Positions 1-7,892 of a stretch of 40,652 bases of DNA are shown piece by piece. Source of the DNA: an uncultured Candidatus Saccharibacteria bacterium (GTDB lineage Bacteria > Patescibacteriota > Minisyncoccia > Phycocordibacterales > DATGWK01). The notes below the pieces were generated by a model. That model did not search any database, had not been told where the DNA came from, and saw only the letters and a list, made by a program, of their open reading frames with translations. The translations under genes were made by a program, and so were the position numbers. The first letter of the stretch is position 1. The number at the start of each line of letters is the position of its first letter. The stretch spans positions 1 through 40,652 of the forward strand of contig CAYHIR010000006.1 in NCBI GenBank assembly GCA_964356815.1. The letters run 5' to 3'.

Positions 1-60
1 ATCCTTGGACTACGACAAATTACCAATGGAGTGCAAAATGAGGTGGCCTTATACACACTA

Positions 61-88
61 TTGCATTTTCCAGCCAATTCTGTAGAAT
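61..88 (+). promoter_or_regulatory. Putative sigma70 promoter of rplU
   Basis: TTGCAT (61-66), 16 bp spacer, TAGAAT (83-88), 9 nt before ATG 98. Confidence 0.5.
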
Positions 89-97
89 AATCCCACT

Positions 98-415
98 ATG
101 GAATTTGCAGTTATTGAGACAGGCGGCAAGCAATATCAGGTCAAGGCCGGTGATGTTATTAAGGTTGAAAAAATGCCTGGTTCTTTCGCCTTGGGTGATA
201 AGGTAACCTTCGAAAAAGTCCTCCTTGTAGACAACGGTTCCGACACAACCATCGGCAACCCTTATATAAATGGCGCAAAAGTCCAAGCTACTTTCCAAGA
301 ATCAGGTCGCAATAAGACCGTTACCGTCGTTCGCTATAAGCAAAAAAGCCGCAATTTTAAGAAAAACGGGCATAGACAGCCGTTTATGAAAGTAAAAATC
401 GACTCTATCAAATAG
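98..415 (+). CDS. rplU: 50S ribosomal protein L21
   Basis: N-terminal FAVIETGGKQYQV and C-terminal KKNGHRQPF motifs typical of bL21. Confidence 0.97.
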   Translation: MEFAVIETGGKQYQVKAGDVIKVEKMPGSFALGDKVTFEKVLLVDNGSDTTIGNPYINGAKVQATFQESGRNKTVTVVRYKQKSRNFKKNGHRQPFMKVKIDSIK

Positions 416-417
416 GT

Positions 418-1065
418 CTATTGTCTATTATTTAAAGCATTTTTGAGCGTATCCGCATCCGAATACTCAAGCTCTGTGCCTGTAGAAAGTCCGCGGCCGA
501 GCATTGTAATTTTTATATCAGTTTTTTCAGCGATGGGGGAGAGAAAGTTTTTTAAAAAATCGCTCGTATGCTCGCCTTCAGTGTTTGAACTCATGGCGAG
601 GATGATTTCTTTCAATTCCGATCGGGCGACCACAATTTTTTCCAGTTCGTTAAGGCGGATTTTTTCGTGAGGATTTTTTTCGAGGATTGGCACAACGCCA
701 CCAAGCACAAAATATAACCCGCGGTGAGAATGAGTTTTTTCAATGTTTTCTAAGTCGGCATCGCGGCTCACAATCACTAGTAGAGAGCGGTCGCGATTTG
801 AATCGCGGCAGATGTCGCAGGTTTTTTGAGCGTTGTCATTGCCTTGCGTGGGTGTGAGGCCTCCGGTATAGCCTTCAGTATTAAAAAAACGAAAACACGA
901 ATCGCATGTGCGCACACCCTCCTTCACTTTCTGTATAAGCTTCACAAATTCGTTTGCATAACTCGGATCTTTGGAAAGCAAAAAATAGACGAAGCGTTTC
1001 GCTTGCCGCGGGCCTATGCCAGGAAAATCAGCGAATATTTCTGCTAGTCTTGAGATGTTGTTCAT
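418..1065 (-). CDS. recR: Recombination mediator RecR
   Basis: HhH motif FPGIGPRQAKR, C4 zinc finger (CDSC...CDIC), Toprim region YFVLGG...NTEGE, C-terminal GTELEYSD. Confidence 0.95.
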   Translation of the reverse strand: MNNISRLAEIFADFPGIGPRQAKRFVYFLLSKDPSYANEFVKLIQKVKEGVRTCDSCFRFFNTEGYTGGLTPTQGNDNAQKTCDICRDSNRDRSLLVIVSRDADLENIEKTHSHRGLYFVLGGVVPILEKNPHEKIRLNELEKIVVARSELKEIILAMSSNTEGEHTSDFLKNFLSPIAEKTDIKITMLGRGLSTGTELEYSDADTLKNALNNRQ

Positions 1066-1066
1066 G

Positions 1067-1183
1067 AATTTTTTTCAGAATATATTTTTGTCGTGACCGG
1101 CGTAGATTTCTGCTGAAATCTCGCCTCACTCTCAGCCCGTCGGCTTCCGAGAGTCACTCCAAAAATATATTCTGAAAAAAATT
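1067..1183 (-). repeat. Structured intergenic element, three-way-junction family, copy 1
   Basis: Perfect 24 bp inverted arms 1067-1090/1160-1183 enclose a GC-rich core homologous in reverse orientation to 7085-7167. Confidence 0.8.
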
Positions 1184-1223
1184 AAATTAATAAACATATA
1201 AATTAGCAGAGATTTTCAAAACT

Positions 1224-2615
1224 TTAGAGACCTGCAAATTCTTTTTCAGCACCACCATACTCGCCCTTATGCAAACTTTGAAACGTTGCCTTTTTGTCGT
1301 TAAAGAAAAGTTCAACTTTACCCGTCTCGCCGTTGCGGTGCTTTTCGATCAAAATTTCGGCGATATTGGTTTTTTCAGATTGCTCTTTGTATTTGTCTTC
1401 ACGATGGATGAACATCACCACATCGGCGTCTTGCTCGATAGAGCCAGAGTCGCGAAGGTCGGAGAGGCGAGGGCGGCCACCGCGTTGTTCCACGGCACGA
1501 GAGAGCTGTGAGAGGGCAAGGACGGGAATGTCGAGCTCGCGGGCGAGGTGCTTTAGAGAGCGGGAAATTTCGGTCACTTGTTGGACCAAATTGTCGGAGT
1601 TTTTATTGTTTGTCGGCACCATGAGCTGGAGGTAGTCGACCACGAGAAGGCCCAAGCCTTTTTCGCTTTTGAGGCGACGGGCCACAGAGCGCATTTTTAA
1701 AATGTTGTTGCCGGCTTGGTCGTCTATAAAGATTGGCGCCTTAGAAAGACGGTCGAGCGATTGGCGGATAGAGGCAAAATCTTCTTCGCGAGAAAGACGG
1801 CCGGTGCGGAGCTTCCATGCATCGACATTCGACTCAGCCGCGAGCATACGATCGACGAGTTGCTGGGAACTCATTTCAAGAGAAAAAATACCAACCGGTG
1901 TATTGTGGTGCACTGCCGCTTGGCGGGCGATATCGAGGGCTAGGGCAGTTTTTCCCATGGATGGACGGGCGGCGAGGATGATTAGATCGGCTTTTTGAAG
2001 GCCAGAGAGTTTGTTGTCGATCTCCGCGAAGCCAGTAGAGATACCGCGAAGGCCGCCGTCGGAATTATGGAGTTTGTCGAGGCGTTCCCACGCTTCAGTG
2101 AGCTCGTCTTTGAGCTCCACAAACTTATGAACATTAGAAAAATTTGTAACATCAAAAATCTTTTTTTCGGCCTGATCCAAAAGCTCGTCGAGCTCGCCGG
2201 ACTCGTCGTAACCAATAGATGAAATATGATCCGCCGCTTCGATGAGCCTCCGCATCATATATTTTCTCTGAACCAAATTTGCATAATAGGCGGCGTTGGA
2301 AGAGGTGGGCGTGCTTTCGACGAGTGCGGAGAGGCCGCTTCCACCACCAATTTGCTCAAGGCGATTGGTTTCTTTGAGACGAGCAGACACAGAAAGCAGA
2401 TCGATCGGGTGACCACGTTTGAAAAGTTCAAACATAACATCAAAAATGATGCGATTTTTTTCAGCGTAGAAAGAACCAGCAGAAATTATATCGACGATTT
2501 CGTGCATGAGCTCTGGTCGAAGCATAATCGAGCCGAGCAAAGCCGCTTCAGCATCAAGATTTTGTGGCGGGACGCGCCAAGTATTTATTTCTCTGGAGAG
2601 TATTGAATAAGCCAT
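1224..2615 (-). CDS. dnaB: Replicative DNA helicase
   Basis: PPQNLDAE N-terminus, Walker A AARPSMGKT, VDYLQL, LSQLSR, DLRDSGSIEQDAD, KHRNG; no intein. Confidence 0.98.
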   Translation of the reverse strand: MAYSILSREINTWRVPPQNLDAEAALLGSIMLRPELMHEIVDIISAGSFYAEKNRIIFDVMFELFKRGHPIDLLSVSARLKETNRLEQIGGGSGLSALVESTPTSSNAAYYANLVQRKYMMRRLIEAADHISSIGYDESGELDELLDQAEKKIFDVTNFSNVHKFVELKDELTEAWERLDKLHNSDGGLRGISTGFAEIDNKLSGLQKADLIILAARPSMGKTALALDIARQAAVHHNTPVGIFSLEMSSQQLVDRMLAAESNVDAWKLRTGRLSREEDFASIRQSLDRLSKAPIFIDDQAGNNILKMRSVARRLKSEKGLGLLVVDYLQLMVPTNNKNSDNLVQQVTEISRSLKHLARELDIPVLALSQLSRAVEQRGGRPRLSDLRDSGSIEQDADVVMFIHREDKYKEQSEKTNIAEILIEKHRNGETGKVELFFNDKKATFQSLHKGEYGGAEKEFAGL

Positions 2616-2691
2616 TCATCAATCATACAAGAGCCTGGTTCCAAACCCAAATTCTTAAAAACAGGCTATTGTTGGTAAACTGTTGAGAGCC

Positions 2692-2760
2692 TATTAGCGA
2701 CGTAGAGCGAGGGAAATGGGAGAGTAATCTCTCACATTTCCGAGCCGAGGAGCTAATATA
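2692..2760 (+). repeat. GA-mismatch-rich long hairpin element; internally deleted copy at 12277-12310
   Basis: TATTAGC/GCTAATA, GGAAATG/CATTTCC and GAGAG/CTCTC stems; 22 nt identical between 2739-2760 and 12289-12310. Confidence 0.65.
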
Positions 2761-2762
2761 AG

Positions 2763-2844
2763 GATATTGTACCCGCGGCTTGCCGCGGGGCGGACGAGCG
2801 CTAGCGAGTTCCGTGGCGGGGCGGCTTGCCCCGCGTAGAATATC
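2763..2844 (+). repeat. GC-rich REP-like four-way-junction element directly 3' of cysS
   Basis: Closing stem GATATTgTAC/GTAgAATATC with three hairpins, including CCGCGGC-TT-GCCGCGG and GCGGGGC-ggctt-GCCCCGC. Confidence 0.6.
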
Positions 2845-2848
2845 GCTT

Positions 2849-4345
2849 TTATTTAGGCAGTAGAATAGAGCCGTTTGGGCCGTCTTCTAAGATATATCCA
2901 GCTTTTTCTATTTTCTGACGAAGCGAGTCTGCTGTTGCCCAGTCATTTCTTTTGCGGGCAATTTCTCTATCATAGGCCAACTCTTTTATTTTCGATGGCG
3001 TTTTAAGAATTTTATTCGTCAAAATTTCAGCATTTTTTATTATACCTAAGCCGAGAACCTCGTCCATTTTAGAGATTACCTCCAGATTTTTATTGTCTTT
3101 CAAAATTTGCCATACAAAAGCTATGGCTTCCGATGTATTCAAATCGTTGTTTATTATTTCAGTAAATTTTTGGAGTACTTCTCTTCGTTCGCGTTTTTGG
3201 CGGAAATTAAAAATATTTAAAACACTCGCGAAACTCGCTGATGTTGAATGTGATGAGTTAAGTAAAGCGACAGAACGAACAAGTTTGTTGTAAGCGGTTT
3301 GTGCCGCCCCTACCGCCTCGAAGCTAAATTCTGTTTGAGAACGATAATGAGCGGTGAGTAGCCAATATCTAAAGGCTAGAGGGCTTATGCCGCGCTCAAC
3401 CAAATCTTTTAGGCGAATAAAATTTTTTCCCGATTTCGCCATTTTTTCGCCAGAAATAAGCGAGACAAAAGCATTGTGAAGCCAAAAGTGGGCGAGGGGT
3501 TTGCCAAAAGCCGCTTCCGACTGAGCGATTTCATTATTGTGGTGGACTGGTATGTGATCGACGCCGCCTGTGTGTATGTCGAGAGTCTCGCCGAGAAATT
3601 TTCGGGACATTGCTGAACACTCTATATGCCACCCAGGAAAGCCCACGCCCCACGGTGAAGGCCATTCTTGCTCACGCTTATCTTCTGGCTTAGAAAATTT
3701 CCAAAGAGCAAAGTCGCTTTGGTGATGCTTATCAATATTTTTTTCAATTCGCGCCTCAGAATCGGAGTTTGCATTGTCTGATACACCTGAATTGCCACCG
3801 CCGAGCTTGCCGTAGTCGGGAAAAGTTGAGGTATCGAAATACACGCCATCGCTAATTTTATACGCGTTACCATTGGCTATGAGCTTTTCTACTATGGCAA
3901 TTTGCTCGGCAATGTGATCGGTAGCTTTTGGAAAAATAATTTTTTCTTGCGGAATATTTACGGCCTCAATATCAGAGAAAAAGGCCTCGGTATACATTTT
4001 TACAATGTCTTTCACACTCCGACCCTCGCGCCTCGCGCCCTCTTCAAGCTTATCGGGGCCAATGTCTGCATCGCTTGTGAGGTGACCCACATCTGTAATA
4101 TTTATAACCTGTTTTACTTTGTAACCATTCCACTCAAGCACTCGACGGATGGTGTCGGCAAAAATATAAGAACGGAGATTGCCAATGTGCACGAAGTTGT
4201 AGACGGTAGGACCGCAGTTGTACATACCCACAGAATTGGGCTTGATGGAAGAAAATTTTTCTTTTTTACCGGAAAGAGTGTTCCAGAAAAAAATCGACGG
4301 TCGACCGCTCGGTGATTTTTTTGACGCAAGCTTTTCTAAAGCCAT
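2849..4345 (-). CDS. cysS: Cysteine--tRNA ligase
   Basis: YNCGPTVY, HIGN, DFALWK, PGWHIECSAM, HHNNE, KMAKS motifs. Confidence 0.97.
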   Translation of the reverse strand: MALEKLASKKSPSGRPSIFFWNTLSGKKEKFSSIKPNSVGMYNCGPTVYNFVHIGNLRSYIFADTIRRVLEWNGYKVKQVINITDVGHLTSDADIGPDKLEEGARREGRSVKDIVKMYTEAFFSDIEAVNIPQEKIIFPKATDHIAEQIAIVEKLIANGNAYKISDGVYFDTSTFPDYGKLGGGNSGVSDNANSDSEARIEKNIDKHHQSDFALWKFSKPEDKREQEWPSPWGVGFPGWHIECSAMSRKFLGETLDIHTGGVDHIPVHHNNEIAQSEAAFGKPLAHFWLHNAFVSLISGEKMAKSGKNFIRLKDLVERGISPLAFRYWLLTAHYRSQTEFSFEAVGAAQTAYNKLVRSVALLNSSHSTSASFASVLNIFNFRQKRERREVLQKFTEIINNDLNTSEAIAFVWQILKDNKNLEVISKMDEVLGLGIIKNAEILTNKILKTPSKIKELAYDREIARKRNDWATADSLRQKIEKAGYILEDGPNGSILLPK

Positions 4346-5250
4346 TTTTTATATTTGAAGAAGGTAAACAAAAATACACCGGCGAGCAAAACTATACCGA
4401 TTAGAATCCAAAAGTCGTAAGTCGAGCCGATTATTGGCCGCGCGCGACTTTCGATTTGGAAAACATTTAATACAAGAGAAATTGGTACGGCGATGAAGGC
4501 TAAAACGGTGACAATTTTTGCCACTTCGTTTTGCTTTGAGCTTAAAAGGGAATTGTTTGTCTCGCGGAGTTCAGCCATAATGTCGCGCTGATTCTTTATG
4601 ATGTTTCGGAGCTTGCCATATTCTTCAATGACCGATCGGATATGATATTCGAAGTAACTGCCGAGAATTTTCGGGCCGTAATCTTTGAGGGCAGAGAGAA
4701 CATCTTCATGCTGGGAAAGAGTGCGTTCGAGATCGAGCAAGACGCGGCTCATATTTGATATTGCAAAGACCATTTCGTGCTCTTGGCCACGAAACATTTT
4801 GGTTTCGATTTCGCGCGACCAGCTGTCGATGTATTTTAATTCGTCAAAAAGGGTGCTGTAGAGCTCGCGAACCATGCGGAAAAAGATATAGCCGGCTGGG
4901 CTCACCACTCGCTTTTTGTCGACTATTGCCTCTGTCTCAATAATCTTCGCAAATTTGTGCAACGCCTCGATGTGATCGAAGCGGGCGGTGATAAGGGTGT
5001 TTTCACTCAGAATAAAATCAATCTCTTGAATACTGCTCACAACCTGACTTCGTTTGAAAATCGGAAAATGGAGAATTATGTGGGCGTAGTGACCGTGAAA
5101 TTCAGCTCGGGGCGAATTGGCTGGCAAAATTATGTCGCTTGCAGTTTTTAAATCGATGTCGCATTCTTGGGCAATCTTCTCTACATCGGCTTTCGTAGGA
5201 TTTTCTAAATCAATCCAAGTGGCGTCTTGATAGTGGTATTTTTGAATCAT
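4336..5250 (-). CDS. CorA-family divalent cation transporter with degenerate GMN motif
   Basis: WIDLENPT N-terminus, long helical stalk, two C-terminal TM helices after KQNEVAKIVTV; QIE where GMN is expected. Confidence 0.8.
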   Translation of the reverse strand: MIQKYHYQDATWIDLENPTKADVEKIAQECDIDLKTASDIILPANSPRAEFHGHYAHIILHFPIFKRSQVVSSIQEIDFILSENTLITARFDHIEALHKFAKIIETEAIVDKKRVVSPAGYIFFRMVRELYSTLFDELKYIDSWSREIETKMFRGQEHEMVFAISNMSRVLLDLERTLSQHEDVLSALKDYGPKILGSYFEYHIRSVIEEYGKLRNIIKNQRDIMAELRETNNSLLSSKQNEVAKIVTVLAFIAVPISLVLNVFQIESRARPIIGSTYDFWILIGIVLLAGVFLFTFFKYKKWL

Positions 5251-5361
5251 AGATTTTTGATTACGAATATATTATAGCAGGCGCTTGTTTGACCACAAGA
5301 AGTACTTTTGCGATAATTGAACTCACTTGAAATTAAGTTTTTGGAAGTTGGTTTTATAAAA

Positions 5362-6612
5362 ATGGATTCTCAAAAAAATAATCGACTTCTACCAACATCT
5401 CTGATCCTCATTTTGATTGGGGCATCTTTTTTTTGTGGTATTTATGTAGGCGATCAGAAAAATTCCGACACTTTTAATCCATCAGCTAGCGGCATCAAAG
5501 ATGCAAACAGCCCTTTTCCTACTGGCGTTGAATTCGCACCTTTTTGGCGGGCCTGGGCCGAAATTGATAAAAAATTTATCACCTCTAGCACCAGCACCGA
5601 GGAAAAAATAGACAATCAGGCACGCGTATGGGGCGCTATACAAGGTATGGTAGCTTCGCTAGGCGATCCGTACACTGTTTTCTTACCACCAACCGAGTCA
5701 AAAATTTTTAAGTCGGATATAAAAGGCAATTTTGGCGGCGTTGGTTTGGAAGTTGGGGTGCGCGACAATCTCCTTACGGTCATTTCACCTTTGAAAAACA
5801 CACCGGCTGGTCGTTCAATTATAAAAACTGGCGACATTATTTTAAAAATCGACGACGGCTCTACTGAGAAACTCAGCGTCGACGAAGCTGTTGGATTGAT
5901 TCGCGGCGAAGTGGGCACAAAAGTGAAGCTCGATATCCTTCGTCAAAACAATGCGACAACCACAGAAAATTTTGTTGTCACCCTAACTCGAGCCACTATC
6001 GACATTCCTACAATAGAGACCGAATTCCGTTCGGATGGCATTTTTGTCATACGCCTTTTTAGTTTTTCAGAGACTTCGTCGAATCTTTTTCGAGAGGCTT
6101 TGCGTAATTTTGTTAGGACAGGTTCTTCCAAACTCATTCTAGACTTAAGAGGGAATCCTGGTGGCTATCTTGAAGCGGCCGTCAATATGGCTAGCTGGTT
6201 TTTGCCACCCGGCGCGGTTGTTGTCCAAGAAGACTATAAAAATGACGAAGAAAATGTCATTCATCGCAGTAAGGGCTTTGACATTTTTGATGAAAAATTA
6301 AAAATGGTCATCTTAATAGACGGCGGCTCAGCTTCGGCTTCGGAAATCTTAGCCGGCGCTCTGCGTGAGCAAAACATCGCGACTTTAATCGGTACAGATT
6401 CTTTTGGCAAAGGCTCGGTTCAAGAATTGATAGAGTTTACCTCTAATACATCTTTAAAAATCACCATCGCTCAATGGCTCACCCCAAACGGCAATTCTAT
6501 TTCTGCTGGTGGTTTAAAGCCGGATATTGAGGTGAAGCCAGCAGAGAAAAATCCTGGTCCTGATAACGACCTCCAAATGAAGGCAGCAGTTGAATTTCTG
6601 TTGAAGAAGTGA
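5362..6612 (+). CDS. S41A carboxyl-terminal processing protease (CtpA-like)
   Basis: N-terminal TM, LGDPYT, PDZ (FGGVG), [21 protein letters not shown]; start moved to ATG 5362 from the TTG call at 5317. Confidence 0.93.
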   Translation: MDSQKNNRLLPTSLILILIGASFFCGIYVGDQKNSDTFNPSASGIKDANSPFPTGVEFAPFWRAWAEIDKKFITSSTSTEEKIDNQARVWGAIQGMVASLGDPYTVFLPPTESKIFKSDIKGNFGGVGLEVGVRDNLLTVISPLKNTPAGRSIIKTGDIILKIDDGSTEKLSVDEAVGLIRGEVGTKVKLDILRQNNATTTENFVVTLTRATIDIPTIETEFRSDGIFVIRLFSFSETSSNLFREALRNFVRTGSSKLILDLRGNPGGYLEAAVNMASWFLPPGAVVVQEDYKNDEENVIHRSKGFDIFDEKLKMVILIDGGSASASEILAGALREQNIATLIGTDSFGKGSVQELIEFTSNTSLKITIAQWLTPNGNSISAGGLKPDIEVKPAEKNPGPDNDLQMKAAVEFLLKK

Positions 6613-6625
6613 TATACATCCACTC

Positions 6626-7069
6626 ATGAAAGTCATATTACAGAAAGATGTTTCTGGTCTTGGAAAAATGTTTGATATTAAAAATGTGGCCGATGGCTAT
6701 GCCGCGAATTTTCTTTTGCCGAAGGGTTTGGCGATTTTGGCTTCAGCACAAGAACAGAAGCGAGTCGGTGAGATGAAGGCTGGTCGCGAGGCGGAGCAAA
6801 AGGTGCAAGAAAATCTTCTTCTAAAAATCCTCGAAGATCTCAAAGGTAAGTCTGTTGTCGTGAAAGCTAAGGCTAATGAAAAAGGCCATCTATTTTCAGG
6901 TATTCACGCTCGTGAGCTAGTCGCCGCTCTTTTAAAAGAAACGCGTCTCACTGTACCAGTTGAGGCCATAAATTTGAAGGCTCCTATAAAAGAGGTTGGT
7001 TCACATGAAATAGAAGTTTCTGTCGGCGACAAAAGAACTTCGTTTGTGGTAGAAATTGTAGCGGAGTAA
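6626..7069 (+). CDS. rplI: 50S ribosomal protein L9
   Basis: [14 protein letters not shown]...[16 protein letters not shown]; C-terminal GHLFSGI. Confidence 0.96.
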   Translation: MKVILQKDVSGLGKMFDIKNVADGYAANFLLPKGLAILASAQEQKRVGEMKAGREAEQKVQENLLLKILEDLKGKSVVVKAKANEKGHLFSGIHARELVAALLKETRLTVPVEAINLKAPIKEVGSHEIEVSVGDKRTSFVVEIVAE

Positions 7070-7185
7070 GATTTAGAAATTGAGTTTTTGAGTCACTCTC
7101 GCAGGACGCGCAGGCGTCCGAGGGTGAGCGAAAATTTCAGCAGAAATTTATCGCGGTGACGAAAAAAGTTAATTTCTAAATCTTA
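7067..7185 (+). repeat. Structured intergenic element, three-way-junction family, copy 2
   Basis: Arms 7067-7083/7169-7185 (17 bp, one G-T pair) plus T5/A5 enclose a core alignable with the minus strand of 1085-1165. Confidence 0.8.
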
Positions 7186-7455
7186 TACGACGCTTACAAC
7201 CTTCTTTTTCTTAGCAGAAGTATCAAAATGAGTCATACGAGTGTATGCAAAACGGACAACGCCTTCTTTTAGAGCAAAAAGAGTGTGATCTTTACCCATA
7301 CCGACTGAAGTGCCAGGGAGAACCTCTGTGCCGCGTTGGCGGACCAAAACAGCGCCAGTTTTAGCTCGCTCGCCATCGTTTACCTTAACGCCAAGATACT
7401 TTGGATTAGAATCTCTGCCGTTTTTTGTAGATCCACCACCTTTTTTAGTTGCCAT
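7183..7455 (-). CDS. rpmA: 50S ribosomal protein L27
   Basis: [40 protein letters not shown]. Confidence 0.97.
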   Translation of the reverse strand: MATKKGGGSTKNGRDSNPKYLGVKVNDGERAKTGAVLVRQRGTEVLPGTSVGMGKDHTLFALKEGVVRFAYTRMTHFDTSAKKKKVVSVV

Positions 7456-7514
7456 ATTTTTGTTATACTAGTGCAAAACAGTATACTTTAGGCCATCAAA
7501 AAAATCAATAGATT

Positions 7515-7892
7515 ATGCCGAAACTGAATAAAATCAACCTTTTACTGACGATTTGCGTCACTTTTTTCTTAATTTCGGCTGTTTGGGGCAGTATTGAGCT
7601 TTTGGGTAAAAATAAGGCCAAAACCCGGCCTTTTTTGGCGGCTAGTGCCATATATAGCTCAGATGTGAACCTTTCTCCGGAGATTTTACCCGTTGTAGCT
7701 TCTAAAAATGGCACAAAATACTATCTTTCGTCGTGCGGGGCAGTGGGAAGGATAAAAGCAGAAAATTTGGTCACATTTGCAACTTGGCAAGCGGCCGAGG
7801 CTAAAGGTTTCGAGCCAGCTCAAAATTGCGCTGATTTGGAGGATTATTTGAGCGAATTTTCGGCCGGATCGGACGAAAAAAATAAAAATTGA
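7515..7892 (+). CDS. Membrane-anchored protein with Ada metal-binding-like domain
   Basis: N-terminal hydrophobic helix; ASKNGTKYYLSSC...NLVTFATWQAAEAKGFEPAQNC resembles the Ada N-terminal module. Confidence 0.65.
   Translation: MPKLNKINLLLTICVTFFLISAVWGSIELLGKNKAKTRPFLAASAIYSSDVNLSPEILPVVASKNGTKYYLSSCGAVGRIKAENLVTFATWQAAEAKGFEPAQNCADLEDYLSEFSAGSDEKNKN

Noticed and set aside
1091-1159. Three-way-junction element as a hammerhead ribozyme or tRNA
   Set aside because: No CUGANGA/GAAA core at the junction; no T-loop, D-loop or acceptor stem on either strand
1224-2615. Intein in DnaB
   Set aside because: Normal length (463 aa) with contiguous helicase motifs
2670-2688. DnaA-box-like TGTTGGTAAACTGTTGAGA upstream of dnaB
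   Set aside because: Multiple mismatches to TGTGGATAA and no cluster; not enough for an origin or operator call
6610-6612. Possible UGA recoding (code 25) as in Gracilibacteria/Absconditabacteria
   Set aside because: TGA ends complete genes here and at 9176-9178, and conserved genes are intact under code 11
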